NCBI RefSeq assembly: GCF_009914755.1
Contig: NC_060926.1
Direction: 5' to 3' (one strand)
DNA: 64,000 nucleotides
From: the human T2T-CHM13v2.0 reference genome, Homo sapiens
Positions within the stretch are counted from its first letter, which is position 1. Every line of letters starts with the position of its first letter. Shown one piece after another: positions 34,198-48,228 of the stretch. Below the pieces are notes generated by a model. The model did no database searches, was not told the DNA's origin, and saw only the letters and a list, made by a program, of their open reading frames with translations. The position numbers and the translations under genes were made by a program.

Positions 34198-34602
34198 TGA
34201 AAGATTCTCCCCGGGGCCTGAAAGCTTGAAGGGATGAGTAACTCCTCCCTCCTCAGGCCCAGTCCCAAGGTGCAAGGCCACTTGTGCCAGCACCATGCGT
34301 AAGCAAGACAGCAGAAGCAGGAAGAGAGCCGCCCAGAAGACACCTACCCTGGCCAGAAGGCACCTACCCTGGCTGGAAGACATGTACCCCTGAAGATCGA
34401 GAAAGAGGCCATCCAGGTACTAGGTAGCAGTCATGTCAGACTGGGACACTTAGCCCTGCCCTGTCCTCATTTGGACCTAACGCCATTTTAGGCCTCAGCC
34501 CGCCTGCACCCAGGCGCTCATTAAAACAGCACGTTGCGCCACACTGCCTCGTGTTGTCCATTGGCACGCTCTCGGGGTTTGAACTGATACAAGAACCTTT
34601 CA
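34198..34602 (+). mobile_element. ERVL solo LTR (LTR32/LTR18-like)
   Basis: TGAAAG...CTTTCA inverted ends; 5-bp TSD GTTGT; ATTAAA poly-A signal. Confidence 0.85.
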
Positions 34603-35395
34603 GTTGTGTCATGAGATGGCCAGCTTTTCTACTTACATTGTCCCTTTCTACCATTCCAGGCAGTAGTTAAAGGTCTGACTTCTGGACCTTGGTATAGAGT
34701 CAAAAAGGTGTTGAATTCATGAGGCAATATACACATCTAAAAACCTGACCTTAGCGATTGATTTGTTTGGATCAGTGCTATAATTTTTATAGAAAGAAAG
34801 AATTCCCCCAACCTTCAAATCCTTTGGTCAAATGTTTACTCTTCACTCCAAGCACATAAGAACTGTTTTGCCCGCTGGTGGCAAGTAACAGAGTGGTAAA
34901 GTCAGTTACTTGTTAGGTCACAGGCAAAAGCAGCTACTGCAGCTATTAGCAACATCAGCTGATGTTAGGGGCCAATCAATGTAGGCAGGCAGTTAGAATA
35001 ACCAGGAAGAGAATGGTCTCAGATGAGTAAAAAATCGATTTTCATAAGACATATACACTGAGAATCAGGGTCATTTATCTGCTGTTGGCTATATCTTCCT
35101 GGTCACTTAAAATGAACAAATGAGAAACTCTTGTTTTTGTGTGGCTTTATGTATAAGCTAATTGTTTGAAAGAGACCATGATAAGGCAATGATTGTCAAA
35201 TTTGAATGATTATTAGAATTTAATGATTGCCAAAGTTTTATATGATCCTTTGATAATTTTCTCATAATTTTTTTTTCTGGACGAATATAACAATGCATAG
35301 AAAGTGTTATATCTCACCAGCAGCAATCACTTTGCTTCTGGCTCTCTTTTCACTTATTTCACTGACCACGTATCACAGTCTCCAATTGGGAACAC

Positions 35396-36194
35396 AGATA
35401 TAGACAGGAGGCAGGGAAATACTAGGTAAAAAAGGGCAGGTTCCCTGGCGAGGGCTCCACACTCAAGCCTGGACCCACAGCCCTAAGTAAGAATTCCTGT
35501 TTCCCTACCTAAATGTCGTTTTTATCAAAACCACCCTGGCTTGCCCCACCCCACACTGTACCCATAAAAACCCCAAGTTCCATTGGCAGAGAGGTGGCAG
35601 AGCAGTAGAGTGGTACAGATAAGAAGAGGCATCTGAAAGTCAAGGGGAGAAGAAGCAGCTGGACATTGGAGATTATGGTGGGAGAGGGGTTTGGTGGGGG
35701 ATGGTCAGACAGGGATTTGGCCATGAACAGCAGAATTCCAGGGAAAGACCACCTTCCTACTCCATCCCCTTTCCTGCTTCCCATCCCACTGAGAGCCATT
35801 TCCACTGCTCAGTAAAATCCTCCACATTCACCACCCTCCAATTTGTTCATGTGACCTCATTCCTCCTGGACACTGGACAAGCACCCAAGTGTGGGTGCAA
35901 GAGGCTACCACAATGACCCCCCACTGAGCTGTTTAACACTTAAGCCATCCACGGGTGGAAAAGCTAAAGGAATGCACTGTAATACACACCGACTGGGGCT
36001 CTGGGGGTTGTGGGCAACCTCTAGACACTGCCACGGGGCCATGCAGAGTTCTACTCCTACTGCCACCCAGAAGCACTCGTCCTGGCCTCTGCAGTCACTC
36101 ATCTACATGCTCCCCCTCCAACAAGGGGTTTGAGAGCTGCGGACTGAGTAAGCGAACCACCCCTTCACGAAGTCAAGGGAACTATCCCATCTCA
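35396..36194 (+). mobile_element. LTR1-family ERV1 solo LTR
   Basis: gatatagacaggaggcagggaaatact start, ends gggaactatcccatctca; 4-bp TSD ACAC. Confidence 0.85.
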
Positions 36195-37719
36195 ACACTG
36201 TATACTTCCTTTGCCAAAATGTAGGTCAGATACTCCTAGCCTGGGCAGCTAACATTGTAGTGTCAAGATCCTTTTTTGCCTACAATCCTTACCTTTCTTC
36301 TTATAATTTCTCATTAACCAGTTTATCTGATATTTCTAACTCATTATTCCTCAATTTGTTTGCTTAGGATATATTGATGTAATAGATGTCTACTTACCTA
36401 GGTTGTCTCATGAAATTTGCCTGAGCTTTCTGATATAGTCTACTTACCTTTGCTTCTACATTCAAAGAAATTCAAGATTTATTTTGCTGATGTAAGAATA
36501 AAAAAAGAGGTTTATCAAACAGCATCTTCCCATTATCTAGTTCCATTAGATTTCCAGGCACTTGCTACAGGAATAAAATTGAGAATGTAGATTTTAAGTA
36601 GACCTGGGTGGGAGAACATTAGCTTAGCTATTGCTGATATATCTCAACCGAACCCCAGAAGTTGCAGAAAATAGACAGTAATGAATACTTGAAACAGCCT
36701 ATAGCTTTTATACCTTCATATACCATGAATATCTAGTCCATCAATCAGATTATATGAGTAAAGCAGAGAATATTACTTGATTCTCTATTGTTATCACTTT
36801 CTCAAAAGCAATTGAAATGGAGAGTAATAAAAATCATACTGAAAAGAACTCAAGCACTCTTTAAAGATTTTTGTTTAAAAAGAAAAACATCTCACTGGGA
36901 TTTAGGTAAAAAAAATAAGAACACTTGAGGAGGAATTAAAACAAAATATTTTTTTCTTCTCTTTTAAACAAAATGATTGTTTAACACTCACACACCTACA
37001 GATACCCACCTTTTTTTTCCATTTTAAGACAGACCTTGAGATTCTTTCATGTAACCATGTTTCCATTTAATATTCACACTTCAGGCCCAGCCTTTTCCAG
37101 TGGAGTTTCTGTATAGCACAGAATTCTCATAGCACTATAGACCATTGATCTGAATCCTCAGAAAATGTAGAACTCTGACACCAGACAGAACTCTCTTAGG
37201 CTTTTGAAAGGAGGATGGTGAAGTATACTTTGAAATGGCATCTGAATCTATTATCCCAAAGCCCAGAGCCATTAGATGAATCTGGTTTGAATGTCAGTGT
37301 TTTCTGTCATAATCACGTGTTATCTTCACCTAGGTTCCCATTTGTTCCCTCAACATTTTTTCTTTTCATTAAGCTTTTGCCATCTTTTAGTGGGGGCAAA
37401 GGCCTTTTAAAATCCTTTTTGGGAGTTTTACTTACACATATATTTTCCTTCTTGATTGCATATTAGGTAAAAAACAAAGTATATGCAAATCATTATGTAC
37501 CCTCAAGTCATTATGTAACCTCATTTATATAAGATACTATAAGGCAACACAGGATATCAACTGGCACAAAGGTGATTATATAAACTTCTCACAAACACCA
37601 AATTCTCAGAACAATGTCTAAATTAAAATCCAGAAACAGTATGTTTACACCCTGGCTGGAAGCCAGATATTCCTTTAAATAATCGGGACTTCTAGAGATT
37701 TTATAGGAACATGTTTTTT

Positions 37720-38380
37720 ATTCCAAAATCACCTATTTTCCTCTCCTCCAAAACCACTTTGCTCCAAACTTTATAGATCCTCTTTCTTTTAAGAATAGCA
37801 TCATTCTCCCAATCACCCAGTATCAAAACTACAGGCTCAAATTTGACTGCTAGCTTCTTGCTTCTCAGTAGGTTGTCAAATTAATCAATGCTACTTATAC
37901 AAAACAGCTTCTTGCCATCTCTTCTTCTATTTTCACTACCCTATTTTGGGTCTCCCCAAATCTTCACAGTATGTCTAAAATCTAAGTGGCATTCAAAGTT
38001 TTCTGTTCTGTCTCTCAGTCCTGTATTGCCAATCTATTCAGCAAGCAAACTACTGTCGTTCCTTTCATCGGGGCCTTTGTTAGTTTTTTGTGCCCAGAAT
38101 AAACACCTCTCTCATTTCCATCTGTCTGTCTCTCATCGATCTTTCAGATGGCAGTACAAATACCATTACGCTGGAAAGCCTTCCCCAATTTCCACGAATG
38201 ACAATCATCACTCACTGCTCTGAATTCCTATGCACTTAATTATCATAGACCCCACTCTCTCTCATTATAATTATTCATGCATTTCTTTTTCTGGTAGACT
38301 GTAACACCCTTGAAGGCAGAAACAATGATAAATCCAATTTCTTTTTTCCATTATCTTTTTGAACATAAATGAATATTCAA
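37720..38380 (+). mobile_element. L2 3' remnant
   Basis: catcattctcccaatcacccag; tagactgtaacacccttgaaggcagaaac. Confidence 0.6.
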
Positions 38381-38530
38381 CACATTTAGGTAAAAATATA
38401 TATGTAACATTTTAGTGCTAACATTTTAATAGATAAATTGGTCCTTGGTGCTGTCTAGGTAACAAATGGATTCGCATGAGCAGGGAATGAATCAGCACAG
38501 CCATTTGATGGGATTTTACCCTGCTTTACA

Positions 38531-38607
38531 TTACCTGGTCACCTTTGTCATAAACGCTCTTTGCCATTACCTGTTACCTAGTCACCTTCGTCATAAATGC
38601 TCTTGGC
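38531..38607. repeat. ~43-bp tandem duplication
   Basis: ttacctggtcacctttgtcataaacgctctt / ttacctagtcaccttcgtcataaatgctctt. Confidence 0.8.
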
Positions 38608-39829
38608 TCTAATCCGAATGGATCAGAAAGAGGTAAAATCCCTCCATTTAAAAGGGACATTAAAAAAATATTTTCAGGTATAAAATTCAAATAGAGGAAG
38701 GTGACAAGAAAGGAAGCTTATTTCTTGTTCCAAAAGTCTAGTCAATATGATAGTCTCATTAATGCAGTAAGTTAGCCTGAAACTGCTTTTTCAAGTGGAA
38801 TGCTATTCACCGTGGACTTTCATAATCAATATTCTAGTAGCCTTTTCACACACCTGTTTCACACCTGATACAACTTTTTTGTCCTTCAGAAAGACCAGCA
38901 AATCCAGCAGAGAATTCATGAACTAAAAATTCCTTTTAACAGATTTTTACCTTAATATGCAAGTTCAATGACAACTGAAAAATCAACTGCAAAAGAATAA
39001 TTTAAATAAAAATTGGGGGGAAAGCGAAGAATATGAAGTGGCATGTTTCCAATTAAATATAACACAAAAACAGCGTGAAAATGTAAAAAAACAAATCCTT
39101 TTCACTTGGCAGGAGCTGCTCTTCTAGTAGCCCTGTATTCTCCATCAGAAAAGTGCCAACGGCCATTTGAAGATGAAAAACAGAAAACAGAACTTCTTTC
39201 ACAAGAAAAAATAAGGGCAGTTTATTAAGGAATGCCATTTCCAGATGACTCCCTTGTACAGAGTAATAAAAATCATTTTAAAAAATTAAATAGAGCACTT
39301 GGAGACAAATACAACTTTTCTGTTGAGGAAGATATAAGAACTAGGATTCACCTTCAATCAAGTATATGAATGGGAGGAAAATAAAAACCACAGAAGAAAG
39401 AATATCAAAACCCAACGAAATTCAGTGGCACACACAAAAACTGGAAATATATTTACTTTTTGAATGCATAAATAATGATTTCTGAGTCTTGCTTACATTA
39501 ATACACTTCTGTTGTTGCCATCCTGTACCACAACTTTCAATTCACATAAAAAATATACTCAGAAAAAGATTTTTATTTTCTTCAAAGCCAAACAGCAACA
39601 AAGAGAAAGAAATCAAGAGAGGGAGAGAGAAAGAAAGAGAGAGAAAACCTGTAGAGTTAACAGAAACTGAACACTCTTTTATAAAAAAAAATAAAGATTT
39701 GCTTGCAAATAAGAAAAGTGAAAAGTAGAGAGTGCTAAGTTAGTATCTGCTGGAAGGACTGAGGCAACTTCAAGTCAAATAAGTATAACCTGGTGCTATT
39801 AGAATAAATTGTGACCCCTCCTAAAATAT

Positions 39830-39831
<2 letters not shown>

Positions 39832-39866
<35 letters not shown>
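39832..39866. repeat. (TG)17 microsatellite
   Basis: Perfect run. Confidence 0.97.
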
Positions 39867-39868
<2 letters not shown>

Positions 39869-39982
39869 TTCTGAAGCTCTAGCCACCAATGTGACTGTAT
39901 TTGGAGATAGGGCATATGAGGAGGTGATAAAGGTTAAATGAGGTCATAACCATAGACCGCTTAATCCAATAGGATTGTTGAC

Positions 39983-40576
39983 TGTGCTGCTTAATTTTAT
40001 GTGTCAACTTCACTGGACTAAGAGATTACCAGGAAGCTGGTAAAACATTATTTCTGGATATGTCTGTGAGGGTGTTTCCAGAAGATACTAGCATTTGAAT
40101 TGATGAACTGAGTAAAGTAGATAGCTCACCCCAGTGTGGGTACCATTCAATCTGTTGAAGGCCCATATAGAACAAAAAGGCAGAAGAAGGGTGAATTATC
40201 ATTCTGTGTTTGAAAGGTATCGATCTTCTCCTGCCCTCAGACACCTCCAGGACTTTCACCACACCCACCCTCCACTCCCACCCCTACCCCTACCCTTACC
40301 CCTAGTCCCCAGGCCTTTGTCCAGGAACTGGTATTTATACTATTGGCTCCCCTGATTCTCAGGCCTTTGGGCTCAGACTGAATTACACTATTAACTTTCC
40401 TGGTCCTCCAGCTTGCAGACAGCAGACCATGGGACTTTTTATCCTCCATAATCATATGAGCCAATTCCCATTATATAGATCTCTATTAATCTATCTATCT
40501 ATCCATCTATCTATCTTTCTATCTATCCACATACTTCTTTTTGGTTATGTTTCTCTGGAAAGCCACAACTATGATA
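39983..40576 (+). mobile_element. MLT2 (ERVL) LTR
   Basis: ttaattttatgtgtcaactt...gtctgtgagggtgtttccagaa...ccagcttgcagacagcag...gtttctctgga. Confidence 0.88.
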
Positions 40577-40844
40577 TGGTATTATACTGGCCTTATTTTT
40601 TGTTGTTTATTTATTTATTTTTCTTTATACTGGCCTTAGAAGAAGAGAAAGAGAGCTCCCTCTTCCTCTCTTATGCTCTGTCATGTGAGGACATAGTGAT
40701 AAGCTGTAGAACTTTCAGAAATAAATTTCTATTATTTAAGCCACCCAGTCTATTATATTTTTTATAGCAACTCAGGTTGAGTCACACACACAGATAAACT
40801 GTCAAACTGATTGTAGCCTTAAGAGGGAGAAATTAGAGATTCTT

Positions 40845-41235
40845 CCATCCATGCAATAAATAAATACCTACCAAGTCTACTAGTTGTCAGTCATTCTGCT
40901 GGGTGCTGAGATTTAAATATAAACCAAAGTGCCAGGTTCCCTATCTTCAGGAGCTCACAGCCTAGTTGGGGAAAGAATATTATTTAAATATTCCCAGAAA
41001 TATATAGTTACCAGTTACAGTATATGCTTTGAGGAAGAATTATAAGGAGATTATAGGCAGGAAAAGCAGTGGGGACAAATCCATTCTGAGTGTCCTGGGC
41101 AGTCTTCCCTGAGGAAGTAACCTTTCAGCTGAGAGAAACAATCAGTGTGAGTTGATATGGCTAATGAAAGAGGGAAGGGAGAGAGCAGGAAAGATGGAGG
41201 AAATGCCCTGTACAAAGTCCCTGTGGAGGGGGTGA
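40845..41235 (-). mobile_element. L2
   Basis: caggagctcacagcctagttgggga; cttccctgaggaagtaacc; tgtacaaagtccctgtgg. Confidence 0.7.
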
Positions 41236-43359
41236 TGCATTTGAGCCATCTTGTCCTTACAGATTTTATAACTTAGTATTGTTAATCAAAGTATGGGGAA
41301 CAAAAGCTTCTGAGAAAGTAAAAATATTTCCCATATCAGGAAAAACAAAGTGCCCTTTCTTACTGGGCAAGGAAATAAAAAGATCTCAAAATTTATCACA
41401 GATACCCTGAGGACTCAGGGACAGTGTGATGTATAAGGCAGTGAGTAGCATCTGGAAATGATACCAAATGGGACAAAAACAAAATGGATCCTCTCAAGTT
41501 TCATTGCTCTTTTGAGCTCTTAACCCAAGTGGCCTGTGTTGTTGTCATGGGAATGAATCTCAGCAAAAGAAATCAATGAGTTAAAAATAAGAGTGAGAGC
41601 AATGATAAACTTAATTTGCCTCAGTGTCTGACCTCTCTTGAACATGAAAGTATTGCTAGAGGAAGTAAGAAAAGGGATGAAGATTCCTCCCAAGAAAGGA
41701 ATCTGTTTGGCCCAACTCATTCTAGGATGCCAGGCTATACAATGTGATTACTGTCAAGCTTTATAATAAAAGAAGTCTTGGATCATTTCCTTCCAGGTTC
41801 CAACATGATTACAGGGAGTGGAGTGGGATTCTGCAATTGTTCCTGCAGTTAATGAGTAAGATTTCATTAGAAGAAGCTGTCAGGAAAAGCAATGATTCAA
41901 ATCTAGTACAGTTTTACAAAAAGGCAGTCACACATGATTTTAGGGACCTTTTAGTTCTGTCAAATAATAAATAAAAACACAGCTCTAAATATACCACAAA
42001 ACATCATTAATTTAGCTTGAGGGGTTATCTATTTAAGTTCAGATACTCCTTTTTACGAATAATATTGAAAGTTTGATCAATCATTTAAATCTTCATATGA
42101 GATAGTTTCTTACATCTTTCCTTGAAAAGAGATTTTGAAAGGAGTAGGGTAATTTATAGGTCTTGTTGCTGAAGTTTAAAGATATAAAAGAAGGCTGAAG
42201 AGGTGTAGATTGTCTTTATACACTAAATAATTATGAATAGAAGGAGGAGTGATTCCATCCCCTAATATCCTCATCTTCTCTTATTCTTGGTCTTCCTGGT
42301 ATATTCTTTAAAAAGCAATCACAAAGTTTTTGCAGCAGATGTTTTGTTCAGAGACCTACTTTGAAATGTTAACTTCCTTTATTTTCAGGAGCAGAACTAC
42401 AGTTCCTTTTTTAAAAGTCAAAACAATCCTCATTGGAAACTCTAGTCCCTCTGAATCTGAAGCATCCACAGAAAAAAAGTACTCTGGGAGGAAATCAGGT
42501 TTCAGCAGTTTTATTTGCAGCTTATTGATTAACAGAAAAAAACAGAAGTAAAATGGGGCTCTGTCTCTGAAAATGAAAAGTCCAAGAAAAGCCAAATGGC
42601 TGAGCCCGTGTTCAGTAATGCAGAGCAGCAGCAGTGCATGGGAAATCTGTTCCACAGCCTACGCTTTTCTGCCTGTGCACCACAGAATCAGAAAATGAAC
42701 ATTTTACCTCAACCCAGTGGCCAAAAGTTATTCACAAAGGCCTCTGCATTGGCATCAGTGCATTAGCTACTTGAAAAATAGGTCACTAAGCTAAAGCAAA
42801 TCAGCATACAGGATGACATGGCAACCACAAATGAAAAGTAAGAATTTAATATATCTTGGGCCTGACTTCTTATTAACACTAAAATAATTCACTTCTAAGA
42901 AGGGCTCAGCAAGCCTACTGGATCAGAATTAAGGAGAATAACCAGATCTTTTTATGTGGCATAAGCCCTGATGCCATTCTACCCTCTGTAGCCAATTCCC
43001 CTACCCACTGCCTTGTATTCAGGAAAGAGAAAGGCAGGTGGCTAACATCAAGCAGGCAACTAAGAATTCCTTGCTACATGGGTTACTGAGCTTCCTCTGT
43101 TATCCTCTTAGAATATCACGATACTCACCCTTTAACAGTGGTACTTCATTAACGCCTGGCTAACTCCCGTCATACTTACCATATCTACGCCGTTTAGGAA
43201 AAATCATTCTGAGCCTGTAAGCTTCAGTATTTTTACCTAAAATAAAAATGGTATATATAACATCTAAATGTCCTTGAACTCTATAACCACGTAAGGAAAA
43301 CATATCTATTCAACCATAATAAAAGGCTGATTGTGGTAAGTGCAGAAGCAGCTAGCATT

Positions 43360-43535
43360 AAGGGAGTTATTGCTGGGTCACTGGCACAACTCTATGAGAG
43401 GGGATTCCTTATCATCCTGATTTGACAGATGAGGGCATGAGGTTTAGAGTTGTCAGGTGAACTCATTCAAAGTCATACTGTCGGTCAGTGGAAAAACTAG
43501 GATATTATTTTCTTTGGTCTACTTCCACTGTCCAC
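43360..43535 (-). mobile_element. MIR
   Basis: acaactctatgagaggg...tttgacagatgagg...caaagtcatac. Confidence 0.65.
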
Positions 43536-44589
43536 ATTCCTATAGGATAATAAGGAGTGACTTAATGAAATTAGGGTTTTACTAGAAAAAATAAATTAGG
43601 ATTTAGTCGTGCGGAGATGGCTAGAGGAACTGTTCCTAGTTCTCATCAACTTAACACGATGGAAAGCAAATTTGCTTTGGAAATAGGAATCCTTCTTTCA
43701 AGTTCTACCTTTGCATGAAGCTATCTAGGAAAGGTAGAAGAAAAGATAAAGGAAAATGGATTTTATTTTGGCTTTACAAAACAATTAATGCAGGATATAG
43801 GAAACTAATGTTGTGTAGGCATTGGAATAAGCCCTTGACTGTTGTGGAAAAATATAGTATTCAAACAATCAATGTCTAGAGTTTATTCTTTACAACGAAG
43901 CATCATCAACTCACTTGCCTTTGAGGAAAGGCAAAGAAGGGGATGGTAGGTAGATGGTGTTAAGGGTCTAGTGTGTGGTTGCCTAAGGTATTCTGTGCAC
44001 AGGTATAGCTCTTACTGTCAGAATCTCCTCTGCACCAAGCCACAATTCGTTTGAATGTTTACCACTGTCTCAAATGTATTATTTATGTTTGGTGTAATTT
44101 ATTTTATTTCATTTTATTTTTGAACAGAGATAAACATTCACTTACACTAACCCTACAGAAGATACCACTGGAATCACATTTTGAATCCTTCTATGAAAGC
44201 CATTAATATTTGTAGTTATCTCAGTATTCCTCTTTGATTTATCTGACTTTCACAATATGAGGGAAAAAAAGAAAGTACAGACAGCTACCAAGTATGGACA
44301 CTTCTTTTACGTACTTTCCAGAAAAATATATTACCAGGATAGAAAAGTATTTACACATTAAAAATAGAATTATTGTTCTAGAAAGAGTGTGATGAGATCC
44401 TGTTTAAGTGTGCCTCCTTTTTCTGTCAAAGAGGAAAGAGATTTGATGGCATGTAAGAAGCAAGGGGAAAAAAGAGAAATTGTTTTTCATTATCCCTTTT
44501 AAAACAAGTTAATTTGGACATATAAGGGAGATTCTACAGTATTAAGGTTAAAAGAAGACACATAAATCTTATTTTAAAACTATGAATGC

Positions 44590-47030
44590 CCCAGATACGG
44601 CTCATTTAGAGCAAGCACATGGCATCTTGTCTCTCCCACTGAATGCAACCATCTGAGGACTTTGGAAAGGAAACAGTAGCAAGTAAATTGGGGAAAGATG
44701 TTAAAACTCAATGTACAAATGATCTGATCGTGAGTGTGTATTTTTCCCTTCCTCCCATATTTCCCAGCCTATATGTACTTAAAGGCAGTGCACATCTCAG
44801 AACTACACATGAAGTGTAGACAGAAATAGCTCCAAAGTAATCCCCTATCCTTCTGGTATGAGTAGAAAGGAGGCCATAAAGTGTAGGAAAAATTCCTGGT
44901 TTTTTTTAATTTTATTTTTATTTAGCTCCTCTTATGGAAAATACACAGCAGAGTGAGGAGGCTGGTCAGTTTTCTATACAAAGGACCATGAAGGGAGAGG
45001 GAGATGTGTATGTAGATGTAATTCATGACAACTAAAACTTAAAGGGGGTGGGAAGGTAAAGAAACATATGACTTTAAGTATCTACATTTCATTTGAAATG
45101 GTAAAATATTCGTTCTAAATAAACTCTGAAAAGTTGAAGTATGAAGCTAGACAGTGTTGAAAAAAGAGCAGAGAAGAGGATACTTGAGAAAGGTATCTTG
45201 TAAAGATGTAGGTGAATTCATAGGCTCCCCCTGAGCTGCACATGCATGGATCTGACTTAAAAAAAATACCATACAGGTAGCTTTGAGAAAATAAGCATGG
45301 AATAGATTACCATTTATGTCTAAAACTGTCCTCTGGGCTGCATATATTTTGAGACAGATGCAAATTGCACTGCAAACAGTTTTGAAAACAACTAAGGGAA
45401 TCAATGCAGTATGGCACTCCTGGCCTCAACCTAACTGGGTCAACGGTTTACTATAAAAATACTAACTACATTCTCCATAGGATTTAAAAAGACCCACATC
45501 TCATAACACAATATTGAAAGTGTCTGAAATACAATCAACATCTAATCAATATTCAAAGAACCCAGAAATTCTGACAAAATCTCATGAGAAAAGACAATTG
45601 ACAAAACAATCCCAAATAGATCCTGATGTTAAATTTAAGAGACAAAGAATTTAAAATGTTTCTCTAAGAACAAAGGGCATATACTTCTGAAGCAAATGAA
45701 AAATAGAAAGTCTCTGCAGAGAAGTAAGATATTAAAAAGAATGATCATTTTGGAACTGGAAATTTTAGAACTGGGAAACACAATAAACAAAATTAAAAAT
45801 TCACTAGATGGGCTCAATAGCAAAATTAATATGTCAATGAACTTGAAGACAGATCAATAAAAATGACCTAATCTGACCAAGAGATTTTTTAAAAATTGAA
45901 AAGAGAGCACTTCTGATACCTGTAGGACAATATAACAAGGTCTAAATTTGGCGTCATATAGGTTGCAGAAGACCATGAGAAAGAATGTGATTGCAGAAAA
46001 ATTTCAAAGAAATTAAGGTGGAAATCATCTCAAATTGGTAAAAACATAACTTTAGAGATTCAAGAGGCTCAGCAAAGCCCAACCAGGAAAATTTCAAAGA
46101 AAATGCTGTAATTAAATTGTAATTAAAATGCTGAAAACCAAGGACAAAAAAAACCCTTGAAAACAGGCAAGGAAAAATGACTCTTCAAATTATTACTGAT
46201 TTCTTAGAGGGAACTATAGAGATCAGAAGGTAATGGAACATTTGTGAAGTGCTAAAATAAAAGAATGGTCAACACAGAATACATAAAGTGTAAACATCCT
46301 TTAGGAATGAAGACAAACTACAAACATCCTCATTCTTAAATGAAAAACACTAAGAGAAGTTTTCACCAGCAGATGTAATCCAAAAGAATGTTAAAAGAAG
46401 TTATTTTGGCAAAAGGAAGTGATACCACAGGGAAACCTGGAACATGGAGGATGCAGGAGAAGCAACAGAGATGCTAAATATTTCATTAGATATATAAGCC
46501 CATTTCTCTCCTTTTTAATTCTTTAAAATAAACATAACAGTAGAAAACAAAAAGTACTGCTTAGTGTACTGGGATATCCAATACATGTAGATGTAATTCA
46601 TGACAACTAAAACTTAAAGGGGATGGGGTGGTTAAAAAAAAACCATGATTTTAAGGTATCTACATTCCATTTGAAATGGTAAAATATTAATTCTAAGTAG
46701 ACTGTGAAAAGTATATATGTTGTAATACCTTAAGCAATCCCCTGAAAAATAAAATTACATTCAAAAATCTAATAGATAAACAACACACACATAAAAAGTT
46801 ACTTTTATGGCATGTTATTATAATTTCATTGTAAATCAACGCATGTGTACACACACATACACAGAGGTTTTGTGCCCCAAGGAAATTTTAGGTTGAGGAA
46901 AATGACCTGTATTTTGAATGTGGTAGGAGTGACATGGGTTAGGATTCAAAACCACTCATCAAAGTGTTCGCTCAAATGGGTCTTTTTATTATATGCTAAT
47001 TATGCCTCAATAAAGTTGATGTTATAATAA
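44590..47030 (+). mobile_element. Ancient L1M remnants (5' region/ORF1-like plus a 3' end)
   Basis: A-rich decayed ORF1-like text (aaaattcactagatgggctcaatagca, gaacttgaagacagatcaata, gagattcaagaggctcagcaa); 3' end tatgcctcaataaagttga. Confidence 0.7.
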
Positions 47031-47901
47031 AAGCAAAACAGTGTGTACCTTGAGAAAGGTAGCTGTGGCTCTAAACGGCTTATTAGATTCAGATATGTGA
47101 AAAATAATATCTAAAATTATTCTCATTTCTGAATTATTTCTTGTTCAAATTTTAGGCATAATTTCAGTTATAGATACATTATATATTACAAAATAGTTCT
47201 GAGAAGAACAACTGTGGCTAAGGGCAAGTATGCAAAATTTTCCATAATGACAGAAGAGGATTGGTAGCATTCTTTGAGCTTAGCAAAGGGAATTAAAATA
47301 ATAACATTCAATTCAGCCAAACATATTCCATGTGCTTAAAAATTGAAGACTATGTACCATTAATTAGTCATTAATTAATGTCATTAATTAATGACGAATA
47401 AAAATATTTAAAATTTTTTTTATGGATTTTATTCTGTTTCTCACTACAGAATCTCAAGGTCTGAAGAGATCCTATTTGTTGAGTATTTTCTGAAAAAATG
47501 CCCTTTCCTAATGCTACAATGTATAATGCAAGGGATGGAGTTTAATTTGGCTTTTTTTACTCTCATCCGCTACAAAAGAATTCCACAATATTAGCAAATG
47601 AATAATTATTTAATGTAAATGTACACGCCTGTCCTCAGAGTGATGTTGACAGTTTCACGTATTGTGAATCTCCATGGATATCTCCAGCCCATAAACTTTC
47701 TTATTGTTTTTTCTTAATTGACACAGCCTCTTCAGCCCTCAGGTTACTAAAGAAAAACTATTGCTTGTTTTTAAATTTTAAGGATAATAAATGAAATGGA
47801 GTTGTTGTGGGAGAAGACCCTTTGCCCCACCCCACCCCACAAAAATATTTATATCTTTTTTTAACAGTTTCCGAACATCAGTAAAACAAAATGACATATG
47901 A

Positions 47902-48228
<327 letters not shown>

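Larger units (their letters stand above)
39794..40788 (+). mobile_element. MLT1 LTR split by MLT2 and a TG microsatellite
   Basis: aatgtgactgtatttggagataggg...aaggttaaatgaggtcataa; resumes catgtgaggaca...aataaatttct...aagccacccagtct. Confidence 0.8.
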
